A DNA stretch of 64,000 nucleotides, from assembly GCA_041739675.1 (NCBI GenBank), contig JBGSNL010000003.1:5846-69845 (forward strand), in the 5' to 3' direction. Source of the stretch: a bacterium (GTDB taxonomy: Bacteria; UBA10199; 2-02-FULL-44-16; DYJF01). The position numbers and the translations under genes are program-made. The notes under the pieces were generated by a model that was given only the letters and a program-made list of their open reading frames with translations, was not told the origin of the DNA and did not search any database. The first letter of the stretch is position 1, and each line of letters begins with the position of its first letter. Shown here one piece after another: positions 37,783 through 46,130 of the stretch.

Positions 37783-39708
37783 TTATTGACCTATCCCAGG
37801 AAACGTTACTCCAAGTGTTGTAGAAACCGCCCAGTCGAAACCGTATTCTTCACCGGTCATGCTTGCCCCATCTCTCCCCATGAGATCGAGAGCTAACTCG
37901 CCAGTCAGCTTGCTGCCGTCGTCTCCGAATGGCGTTTCAAAACCAAGCTGTAAGCGTCCGACTGGCGAATCGTATCCTCTGTCATCACAGAAGGTATTCC
38001 CAGTGTCGGATTCAGTGAAACACGCATCGCCGTGGTTTCCGTAGTACAACATTGATACACCGGGAATCAGTTTGAATCTATCGGAGATACTGATCGGGAA
38101 ATTGGCGTATGCTTCCATATCGATGCGATACGCTTCGTAAGGCTGAACCGCTCTCCATGCATACGCTGTCAGAAGGTTCAATCCTATGACGACGTTTTCA
38201 TGGACTGTTCCTTCGATTTCAAGTTTTACTCTGACGACACCGGTTGCATCTGCGAGACCATAGCCGCCTACGGAACCCCCGATCGTAAGATCACCGTCTA
38301 AAAGATCTGCGCTTGCACCGACAACTGCGCCGCCGCCGTTTTCGCCGGTAACTGCGTCGGTCGTGGTTGTCACTTCACCGGTCGCCGGATCGGTCGTAGG
38401 GATGAGTCCGATGGATACACTCTGACCGCCGACGGCTTCGGCTGTAAGGGTCACATTATCTGTCACGGGGTATCGCATGCTGACATCCGCTCCGGCGAAT
38501 GATCTGCCGAAGAGCGATACCAGACCGCCGTTAACTCCGACGAATCCGCGCTTCTTGAATACTTCGTTTTCCGTTAAGAAGTAGTTCGCGCCTAAGGCAA
38601 GGTCCGTGATGTTGGCGGAATCGGATATTCCGTTGACAAGCTGGAGCAGTGCAATATCTTCGCTAGTAACCCTGTAATCCTGAGATCCCGCGGCCTCGAT
38701 TTTCATGCGAAGCAAGTTGATTGCCCAGTCTTTGATTACATAGGCGACGCCGCCGTCGAAGGAGAGCTCGCCTGACCATCCCAGAGAGCCGAAACCGCCC
38801 GATCCGCTTGCTACAAGACGCCAGAGCCAGCTTTCATCGTCATCAAAATTGACGACGCCCGGCATTCCACCCCCTGTGGGCCCTGCCACTACCGGATAGC
38901 GCGCAAGTTCAACGGTAATAATGCTGATTTCGTCTGCGCTGATAACTGTGTCGCCGTCAGTGTCCGAACCGGCTACGGTCACGTTGCTGATATAAGTTGT
39001 AAACAGGCGATTTAAAAGACCTTGCGCATCAAGATTTTCATCCCGCTGAATCTGGTCAATCTGTCCCACTAAGGCATCACCTATGGCCTCTTGGACATCG
39101 GGGTTGTCCTGCAAATTATCAGGCACCTGCGACATTGCGCTTTCATGCAGGCCGATAATTACGTCTCCTGTGGGCCTTCTGTACTGGCGATTTTGAAATG
39201 CTTCGGTGAGAGGATCGACCAGTGCATCTATCCCATTCAGAGTCGATCGCTGGACATTGTAATCCAAGAGATCCTGATTAGCCAAATCTCTCAGTGTCGT
39301 ACCCTCTAATGCCAACTCGCGCGCTTTACCGAACCAAGCTGGATATGTGAATCCTTCAAAGAACGGGATTATCTTGAGCGACTCTGATTGTGCCTGACGA
39401 AGCAAAGCTATATCCAAGCCGTCGACGGCTTGAGCTGTGCACTGATCGGCAGCTGTATATGCCGGATTGGAGTCTTCGCCCGGGTTCAACTGAAATGCGT
39501 ACCGGAGGCATGCCGATGTCGCCGATTCTGTTCCGACCATAACATATGTGTCATAGATACGAAGTTGTGCCGGAGTTAGGTCTTGCACGTTAGTGTCGTA
39601 CAGTCCTTCCACTGTAGTCCGGCACTCGGCGTTTTCCAGACCGCACATAGCAGTCGTTATTTGCCCACGATATTGGCTCTGACTGGTTACTTGTCCACCT
39701 GGCAACAT
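37783..39708 (-). CDS. Family member D: MLPGG N-terminus, beta-rich Gly/Asp-rich protein, no Sec signal
   Basis: RBS AAGGAGGAAAC then ATG, identical to gene A. Begins M-L-P-G-G. 29 nt upstream of the BNR lipoprotein gene. Confidence 0.5.
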   Translation of the reverse strand: MLPGGQVTSQSQYRGQITTAMCGLENAECRTTVEGLYDTNVQDLTPAQLRIYDTYVMVGTESATSACLRYAFQLNPGEDSNPAYTAADQCTAQAVDGLDIALLRQAQSESLKIIPFFEGFTYPAWFGKARELALEGTTLRDLANQDLLDYNVQRSTLNGIDALVDPLTEAFQNRQYRRPTGDVIIGLHESAMSQVPDNLQDNPDVQEAIGDALVGQIDQIQRDENLDAQGLLNRLFTTYISNVTVAGSDTDGDTVISADEISIITVELARYPVVAGPTGGGMPGVVNFDDDESWLWRLVASGSGGFGSLGWSGELSFDGGVAYVIKDWAINLLRMKIEAAGSQDYRVTSEDIALLQLVNGISDSANITDLALGANYFLTENEVFKKRGFVGVNGGLVSLFGRSFAGADVSMRYPVTDNVTLTAEAVGGQSVSIGLIPTTDPATGEVTTTTDAVTGENGGGAVVGASADLLDGDLTIGGSVGGYGLADATGVVRVKLEIEGTVHENVVIGLNLLTAYAWRAVQPYEAYRIDMEAYANFPISISDRFKLIPGVSMLYYGNHGDACFTESDTGNTFCDDRGYDSPVGRLQLGFETPFGDDGSKLTGELALDLMGRDGASMTGEEYGFDWAVSTTLGVTFPGIGQ

Positions 39709-39769
39709 GTTTCCTCCTTAATTTCCCCCGATTCACCTTCAATTCATCTCAATTTGAAAAAACTCCTTC

Positions 39770-39882
39770 ATAATTATCTAGGTATGCATGCGATTCCGTC
39801 ATCCGGTGCTCCATAAGCCATGTCAGCGGGTCCGCCGATTTCAGTCGGGCGTACTCTGATCTCTCTGCACGCCGCTTGTGTC
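39770..39882. repeat. DNA-level repeat, copy 1 (3' end of gene C plus its 3' UTR). Near-identical to 42242-42350.
   Basis: Shares the exact runs GTCAGCGGGTCCGCCGATTTCAGT and GGGCGTACTCTGATCTCTCTGCACGCC and overall high identity with the second copy. Confidence 0.7.
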
Positions 39883-41204
39883 GGTTGCGTCGGTTCAGTC
39901 GGCTGAGTCTGCTGATTCGGCACGCAATGTCCGTGGTCTCTGTGTTCTCCAGGAGGACACGTGCGCGGCGTGGTCGGCCTTACAGGCGGTGTCACAGGCG
40001 GTGTCGGTTCGGTTGCGACCGGCTCTGCGGGAACAAATCCATAGATGCTGTTCATGATCCACTGCACGAGTTCCCTGCGCTCCGGATCGGAAATGAATCC
40101 AAGATATACGTTCATCACAGCATCAGAAGGTCTCTGTTCGGGAAGAGCGCAACTGCTAAAAAGTTTCGCAAGGGCATCGCGTGCTCTTGCAATGTAGGTA
40201 TTGGCGTACTCGGCCTGTCCCGTCGCCTGCGAACTGTTGGCCGCTCTCACATACCATGCGGCCATGACGATGTCGGCCATCTGGTTGTCCTGAAATTTCA
40301 CTGTCGAAGACAGGGCGGTCAGGGCCGCTTTTACCTGAGTTTCATTGAGGCCTTCAACCGGCGCAACTGCGGCCAGGAAGTAATCGATCGGGAAGGTTGC
40401 GGATGTTATCGTGCCGCAAGTCGTCGCACCGAATTTTTTGAATGCTTCCTGAACGGCCGCGATATAGGCGTCCACATTTGTGTTTGCCTCGGCCGCAAAT
40501 GACCATCTGGCCTGCGCGATGTTGCTGTACTCGCCAACGTAATCGAGGACGTCCGGATGCCACGTTGTGACGCCGGAGAGTGTGAGAATGTCGAAGATCT
40601 GTTTCTGTTCGCCGGCGTATCTGGATTCAATGTTGACATTCACGGGAACGCGTTCCGGCGTAAAGTACGTTCCGTCCGCCCACGTATACCACTTGTCGAC
40701 GTGGCACACGTTGTCCATGGTGAAAGGTCCCGTCCATGATTGCGTCATCGTCCAGTCTATTGCGTTGTCCGCCGTGAGACCTTTTTCACGTCCCCACAAA
40801 GAAAGAAGGGATCTGAACGAGGCATTGGTCATTCTTGCGTTGATCTGAATGTCGTTTTGTATGACCTTGCAGTAGCTGTCTTCCGGATTGAAATAAGTTC
40901 TTGGAGCTACGGGAGCTGCAGGAGCCGGTTGAGGCGCCGGAGCTGCTGTTTCCGGTTTTGCTGCGTCTTGTGCGACAAGTGCTACCGTTTCATCATCTTC
41001 ACCGCAGGCCGATGCTACAGCAACGAAACCTGTCACTGGCAAAACAATTTCAGGCGCCAAAATTGCAGCCGCTACCCATGCGGCGGCTCCCAGAGCCGCC
41101 AAGAGGTCTTCAGGATCTTCATGTGAAGCATTGGCATGCAATTGGCCGGTTGCAAAATCGTGTTCCCATTTTACGAGTCCGCCATCAAATCCACCTGAAA
41201 ACAT
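39774..41204 (-). CDS. Family member C: MFSGG N-terminus, internal hydrophobic segment ending VASAC, C-terminal Cys-bracketed motif
   Basis: RBS AAGGAGGAAAT then ATG. C-terminal ACREIRVRPTEIGGPADMAYGAPDDGIACIPR is shared with the 42247-44529 protein. A Pro-rich linker precedes it. Confidence 0.55.
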   Translation of the reverse strand: MFSGGFDGGLVKWEHDFATGQLHANASHEDPEDLLAALGAAAWVAAAILAPEIVLPVTGFVAVASACGEDDETVALVAQDAAKPETAAPAPQPAPAAPVAPRTYFNPEDSYCKVIQNDIQINARMTNASFRSLLSLWGREKGLTADNAIDWTMTQSWTGPFTMDNVCHVDKWYTWADGTYFTPERVPVNVNIESRYAGEQKQIFDILTLSGVTTWHPDVLDYVGEYSNIAQARWSFAAEANTNVDAYIAAVQEAFKKFGATTCGTITSATFPIDYFLAAVAPVEGLNETQVKAALTALSSTVKFQDNQMADIVMAAWYVRAANSSQATGQAEYANTYIARARDALAKLFSSCALPEQRPSDAVMNVYLGFISDPERRELVQWIMNSIYGFVPAEPVATEPTPPVTPPVRPTTPRTCPPGEHRDHGHCVPNQQTQPTEPTQPTQAACREIRVRPTEIGGPADMAYGAPDDGIACIPR

Positions 41205-41397
41205 ATTTCCTCCTTACAAACTAAATAAGCCCGAGGACGCGCTGAATTTCATCGTTACGCTACCCAGTTGCATTATCGGATGACCCCCAAAAATGTTGCG
41301 TCCTTTTTTCTACCATCCCCCTCAATTCGCCCACTTCTTGGTGGGAACCCGCCGAAGTTTCAGTGGCGGGGCCCTCATCCTTATTTTCGTGCGAAAT

Positions 41398-41440
41398 AGA
41401 AAAAAGTTGCGCGGTATTTTTAAGCAATACCGCGCAACTT
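41398..41440 (-). terminator. Rho-independent terminator after gene E (14 bp perfect stem)
   Basis: AAGTTGCGCGGTAT-loop-ATACCGCGCAACTT followed on the minus strand by a U-run. Confidence 0.7.
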
Positions 41441-41466
41441 GTAATACGCTGATATTATTAAGTATT

Positions 41467-42213
41467 TTAGTGCTGTCCTTGTGCCCCTTGGCCTGCTGTC
41501 CACGGCACTTGGAATCCGCGTCCGGTGCCCGCATCGGCTGCAGGAGGAGGAGAAGGAGGAGGTGGCGGCGGCGTGGTCGTCGGACCGCCTTCACTCGAAC
41601 ACCTTTCAGCAGCCCTTTGCCTTGCACACTCGATATCCCCTTGGCATTGTGTAATTTCCGTGGCTGTTGGCTGGCAATTACTAGTAGATGGCGGCTGCTC
41701 GTTCATTTCGCGATGTGAACATCTGTCTTGAATACAAGCCGCGTAATCTTGAACATCCGGTCTTGAACATAATACTGTGTCTGAAGGTGTCGGCACACAT
41801 TCATAATGTGCCTGGCATTCTGTTCCCGCCAGGCCGGCTCGTATGTCGTCAACGGAACAAGGCGGCAACTGTGTGGCAACGTTTTGGCCGCTTAGTCTGT
41901 TTGCAAGCTCGAGCAAGAAGGAGGCAAAAGTATATGTACCGCCCCACAAGTTGATGCCTCCGTTTGATGAGCACATTTCGTTTGATTCAGCGGTGGGGCA
42001 AGTTTTGAATATCGTGTTTGCGATCACATAAGCAAAGCCTTCAAAAATAGCTTTAAGATTTTCCGGCACACGCTGCAGGTTGAGCGTGTAGGTATTGGTC
42101 GTATCCTGTACGCACTGAGTTATCTTGTCTTCAGTCTGCTCATTAGCGCATGCGAGCGAGGTGATTCTATCAAGCGTACTTCCGACATTTTGCGTCTGTC
42201 CTGCTGAAATCAT
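41467..42213 (-). CDS. Family member E: MISAGQ N-terminus, Cys-rich and Pro-rich small protein
   Basis: RBS AAAGGAGG then ATG. M-I-S-A-G fits the family start. Many Cys residues. C-terminal poly-Pro stretch (PPPPPPSPPP). Confidence 0.45.
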   Translation of the reverse strand: MISAGQTQNVGSTLDRITSLACANEQTEDKITQCVQDTTNTYTLNLQRVPENLKAIFEGFAYVIANTIFKTCPTAESNEMCSSNGGINLWGGTYTFASFLLELANRLSGQNVATQLPPCSVDDIRAGLAGTECQAHYECVPTPSDTVLCSRPDVQDYAACIQDRCSHREMNEQPPSTSNCQPTATEITQCQGDIECARQRAAERCSSEGGPTTTPPPPPPSPPPAADAGTGRGFQVPWTAGQGAQGQH

Positions 42214-42241
42214 AAGGCCTCCTTTTGAAGCGTTGTTCAAT

Positions 42242-42350
42242 ATAAATTATCTGGGTACACAAGCAATGCCGTCATTTGGCTCTCCATAAGCTCTGTCAGC
42301 GGGTCCGCCGATTTCAGTTGGGCGTACTCTGATCTCTCTGCACGCCGGAG
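42242..42350. repeat. DNA-level repeat, copy 2 (3' end of gene B plus its 3' UTR). Near-identical to 39770-39882.
   Basis: Same exact runs as copy 1. Conservation extends past the stop codon into the AATTAT-rich 3' flank. Confidence 0.7.
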
Positions 42351-44529
42351 GCGGAGGAGGTGGTGGTGCTACGACTATCTTGCAATTATCGTCACAATTC
42401 GGAGTGCCGTCGCATTCCTCGCCGCGTTCCACTCTGCCGTTGCCGCATTCGATGGTAGGCGGTGGAACCGCATTCCTTGTGCAATCGTTTCTGCAGCCGT
42501 CGTTGTTATTTGTATTTCCGTCGTCGCACTGCTCGCGTCCTTCCACAACATGATCGCCGCACCTGATCGTGTGCACAGGCTCACCTTGAGGTGTCACGCA
42601 CGAACCGGCTAAACCCGTCGTCGTCGCCTGTCCGTCGGGGCACGGTTCGCAGCTGCAATCTTCCGGATTGAGCACTTGCGGCGGTGTGTTCTGGCTGAAG
42701 CACCACTCTGCGGCAGTCATCTGCATGTTGCACTGCTGCGTAGCCTCAACGAACATCCTGGCAGGGCTCTGCTCATGGCAGCACTCTCCCGGCGTGACAA
42801 CATGCGGCTGCCTTATGCGGTCTCGCAACGTTTCTTCTCCATGTATCGGCTGTCCACCCAGCGGCCAGAAGTCGAAGGCGATTCCGTCATTCATCTTCTG
42901 GATGTATTCAAGCAGAAGGCGTGACCAGTAGTGGTCATCGGCGCAGGTGGGGCAACGATCATACGAGCGTTGTACCGCACCGTTGATCTCCTTTAGTATC
43001 TCCGTCCTGATCGTCTCTTTGGTTTCACCCGCGCGGCGCCAGATATAATCGTTGGCGTATTGGCGGATGGACATCCTCATGTCGAGCCCCGTCGCTGGAT
43101 CGGCAAAGCCTCCCATGACGAGAATGATGTTGTCCTGCTCGTCCAACTCGACCCACCACTCGCCCGTGTCTATCTTGCCCGTGCTGTCCGCGTTTGACAG
43201 TTCGTCCCAGCGCATGTGGTAAATGGCGGCTGTCTGGAAATACAAAGATGCGGCATGGCCCGCCAAAGGTGTAGCCCAATCAATACGGTTGGACTGCGCG
43301 CGGCCCGGAGTTCCCCAATCGATGTCCCGCCAGGTGAAATCGAAGTCGAACTTATGCATATCGGGGTATTTGACCCCGGCGGCTGCGGTCATATTCATTA
43401 GCACAAGCTCGTATCTTTGGACCGCGTCGGGGTTGTTGTTAGAAAGGTCGGTCATAAGCACGGAGACTTCGTTCATCCTATTCCTGATATCATCTTGTAT
43501 TTGACCTATTAAAACATCATCCGCTTCAATGATAGTCTGGTCTTTCCCATCACTTACATCTTTCTCTCTTTTGGCGACGGCTTCTTCAAGTTTCTTGAAG
43601 AGGTCTTGGAGGTTGAAAGGCAAGCGCCGGAGGTTATCTTCCAGCGCATATTCCAGCGGCGTCCTGGGCAGAGTATAATCTGGTTCGAAGAATTTCTTGA
43701 AATCCTCAAGGAAGGCGGCGCGAACGTCGGGATAACGCGATGACACCAGCAGATTTGCAGTGTGGTTGAGATACTCCGTGGCCTCTACGAGATTCGGGGG
43801 CCAGAAAAACCAGCCGGGTATTGCGCTGGTGAGCCTTGTCGCCTCCATCAGTTTTATGATGGACCATACTCTCGAATCATCGTCATTGAGACCGTTTGAA
43901 AAACTCCAGAAAGAGGCGGGCGTGTCCGACCACGTCCAGAAGCCGTCGGTTTCAAGGATGTTGCGTCCGCATATGACGTCTTTGTGATCGGGGTTGTAGA
44001 TGCGCCACGCATTAAAGGAACAAGTATCTTGCGCCCCGAAAAAGCCCGTAAAGTTGCCGGGGTGGTCGGAGCAGATAATTCCACCGTGCACCATCGAGCC
44101 CCAGAATTCGAAAGACTCCTGGCTTCCGCGCGAGCGACATGCGCCGAGGTCCTCGTCGTAATAATCAGTGAGCGATTTGTCGGCAAGCTCATCATAGTTG
44201 ACATAGTCCTCTCTCAGATATTTCCTTTCAGCGAGAGGCGTTGTCTCTTTTCTGGGGTCGGGCGTGGGGATTTCGTTGCCGCCACAGCCCGCGCCTAAAA
44301 TACTGAGCGCCACTTTTCCGATCGCACGCTCCGGCGCTGTAAAATTATCGACGAAATTCCCAAGTGGATCGTCGCTCGTGACGTACGCCTCTTCCAACGC
44401 TTCACGAAAGAAATTGTTGGCTGCGGAGTACTGTTCGGCAACTGTGTCCAAACTGGTACAGTAGTCACCTATGCACGCTTCATAATTGAACGGATTAAAG
44501 TCGCTTAATGAAATGCCCCCTGAAAACAT
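42247..44529 (-). CDS. Family member B: conserved N-terminal module, Myxococcus-type cysteine-rich repeats and the C-terminal Cys-bracketed motif
   Basis: RBS AGGAGGCAAC then ATG. MFSGGISLSDFNPFNYEACIGDYCTSLDTVAE matches gene A. C-terminal region has CGDHVVEGREQCDDGN...DGC and CGNGRVERGEECDG repeats. The last 31 aa match gene C. Confidence 0.6.
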   Translation of the reverse strand: MFSGGISLSDFNPFNYEACIGDYCTSLDTVAEQYSAANNFFREALEEAYVTSDDPLGNFVDNFTAPERAIGKVALSILGAGCGGNEIPTPDPRKETTPLAERKYLREDYVNYDELADKSLTDYYDEDLGACRSRGSQESFEFWGSMVHGGIICSDHPGNFTGFFGAQDTCSFNAWRIYNPDHKDVICGRNILETDGFWTWSDTPASFWSFSNGLNDDDSRVWSIIKLMEATRLTSAIPGWFFWPPNLVEATEYLNHTANLLVSSRYPDVRAAFLEDFKKFFEPDYTLPRTPLEYALEDNLRRLPFNLQDLFKKLEEAVAKREKDVSDGKDQTIIEADDVLIGQIQDDIRNRMNEVSVLMTDLSNNNPDAVQRYELVLMNMTAAAGVKYPDMHKFDFDFTWRDIDWGTPGRAQSNRIDWATPLAGHAASLYFQTAAIYHMRWDELSNADSTGKIDTGEWWVELDEQDNIILVMGGFADPATGLDMRMSIRQYANDYIWRRAGETKETIRTEILKEINGAVQRSYDRCPTCADDHYWSRLLLEYIQKMNDGIAFDFWPLGGQPIHGEETLRDRIRQPHVVTPGECCHEQSPARMFVEATQQCNMQMTAAEWCFSQNTPPQVLNPEDCSCEPCPDGQATTTGLAGSCVTPQGEPVHTIRCGDHVVEGREQCDDGNTNNNDGCRNDCTRNAVPPPTIECGNGRVERGEECDGTPNCDDNCKIVVAPPPPPPPACREIRVRPTEIGGPADRAYGEPNDGIACVPR

Positions 44530-44726
44530 GTTGCCTCCTAATCAAGGTCGTTGTTTTAATTGACCTCAACCCCTTATCGCGGTTTTTCAAAAATAGTTGC
44601 TTGGTTTTTTAAGGTACCCTGAGAGGCCCGTTTATCAATAAGAATAGGGGTATGGCAAGCCGGAAAAGAGCTTTATTGCTTATTGGCGGAAAGTCTGCTA
44701 GGGAGCCCCCAACAATCGGAGGTAAA

Positions 44727-46127
44727 ATGAAGCCCGATATCAATGAGTTAGTAAGCGCGCATCAGGGAAGGCAGTGGGAGCTTTTTGGAAAATACGTCAA
44801 TCCGCAGCTCGCCTGCGTCGTCAAAACAATAGGTTTCAACCGCAACTATGTCCGTGCCGACGGGCCCTTTCTATATGATGAAGAAGGAACAGAGTATCTG
44901 GATTTTCTGGCGGGCTACGGCGTCTACAACATGGGGCGGAACAACAAGACGATAAAAGAAGAATTGCACAAGGCCCTCGACGCAAACTGGCCCAACATGG
45001 TGCAGATGGACACGCCGCTTCTCGCGGGACTTCTGGCGGAGAGACTTTTGTCGGTGGTGAATCAGTCGGGTGAAAGGCTGGACACCGTTTTTTTCACGAA
45101 CTCCGGAACTGAGGCGAACGAGGGCGCGATAAAATTCGCGCGCAAGGCGACGGGCCGCCCGCGCATCCTATTCTGGGAACACGCGTTTCACGGCCTGACC
45201 ACCGGCTCGCTGGCGCTCAACGGCAACAAGGAATTCAAAAAAGGATTCGGCGATCTGCTTCCGGGCTGCATGCCTATTCCCTTCAACGATCTTTCCGCGC
45301 TTGAGAATGAGTTGAAGAAAAAAGACTGCGCGGCATTTATCATTGAAGCAGTTCAGGGCAAGGGTGTCTACGTTGCCGATCCTCAATTTTACACAGAAGC
45401 GCAAAATCTCTGCCGCAAATACGGTACGCTTTTTGTGATCGACGAGGTGCAGACCGGGTTCGGCCGCACCGGCAAATGGTTCGCCCATCATCATTGGGGG
45501 CTGTCGCCCGATATCGTCACCGTGGCAAAGGCGCTCTCCGGCGGCTACATCCCCGTGGGCGCGATCTGCTTCAGACGCGAGATCTACGACAAGGTATTCA
45601 ACGGAATGGAGCAGTGCGTGGTCCACTCCAACACTTTCGGACGCAACGTGCTTGCGATGACCGCGGGGCTCGCATCGATAGATTACATGGAAAAAGAGGG
45701 AGTCATCGAGAACGCGGCACGCATGGGCGAAAAAATCGTGACGGGTCTCCGCGAAATGGCCGGAAGATATGAGATGATAAAAGAGGTGAGGGGGCTGGGG
45801 CTCATGGTTGGAATTGAGTTCGGCGAGCCGAAATCTTTTTCGCTCAAGGCCGGTTGGAAGCTTCTGCACGCGGTGAACAAAGGGCTCTTCGGCCAGATGG
45901 TCGTGGTGCCTTTGATGTGCGATCACCACATACTCACGCAGGTTGCGGGCCACGATGTGGATATCGTAAAACTGTTGCCGCCTCTCATCATCAACGAGTC
46001 TCATGTCGAGCGCTTCCTCACGGCGTTCGATTGCGTCATGAAGGAGTGCCACCGCTTCCCCGGCAACGCATGGACGGTCGGCAAGAGACTTGCGACAGAA
46101 GCACTCAAGGCAAAAAAAGCAATCTAA
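44727..46127 (+). CDS. Class III (PLP-dependent) aminotransferase, ornithine/acetylornithine aminotransferase-like (HpnO-like candidate)
   Basis: GGAGG RBS. Class III motifs FTNSGTEANEGAIKFAR and DEVQTGFGRTG. PLP-Lys context AKALSGG. Confidence 0.8.
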   Translation: MKPDINELVSAHQGRQWELFGKYVNPQLACVVKTIGFNRNYVRADGPFLYDEEGTEYLDFLAGYGVYNMGRNNKTIKEELHKALDANWPNMVQMDTPLLAGLLAERLLSVVNQSGERLDTVFFTNSGTEANEGAIKFARKATGRPRILFWEHAFHGLTTGSLALNGNKEFKKGFGDLLPGCMPIPFNDLSALENELKKKDCAAFIIEAVQGKGVYVADPQFYTEAQNLCRKYGTLFVIDEVQTGFGRTGKWFAHHHWGLSPDIVTVAKALSGGYIPVGAICFRREIYDKVFNGMEQCVVHSNTFGRNVLAMTAGLASIDYMEKEGVIENAARMGEKIVTGLREMAGRYEMIKEVRGLGLMVGIEFGEPKSFSLKAGWKLLHAVNKGLFGQMVVVPLMCDHHILTQVAGHDVDIVKLLPPLIINESHVERFLTAFDCVMKECHRFPGNAWTVGKRLATEALKAKKAI

Positions 46128-46130
46128 TCG

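Noticed and set aside
37783-39708. Protein D as an outer-membrane beta-barrel
   Set aside because: Beta-rich and Gly/Asp-rich, but it has no signal peptide and its C-terminus ends ...FPGIGQ rather than the aromatic residue typical of beta-barrel assembly substrates. Called only as a family member.
44440-44529. N-terminal GG of the MFSGG proteins as a double-glycine bacteriocin-type leader or a prepilin leader
   Set aside because: Double-glycine leaders are 15-30 aa with GG at the cleavage site and a conserved LS..EL..I core. Prepilin leaders are followed by a hydrophobic helix starting F/M-T-L-I-E. Neither fits GG at residues 4-5 followed by a polar conserved block.
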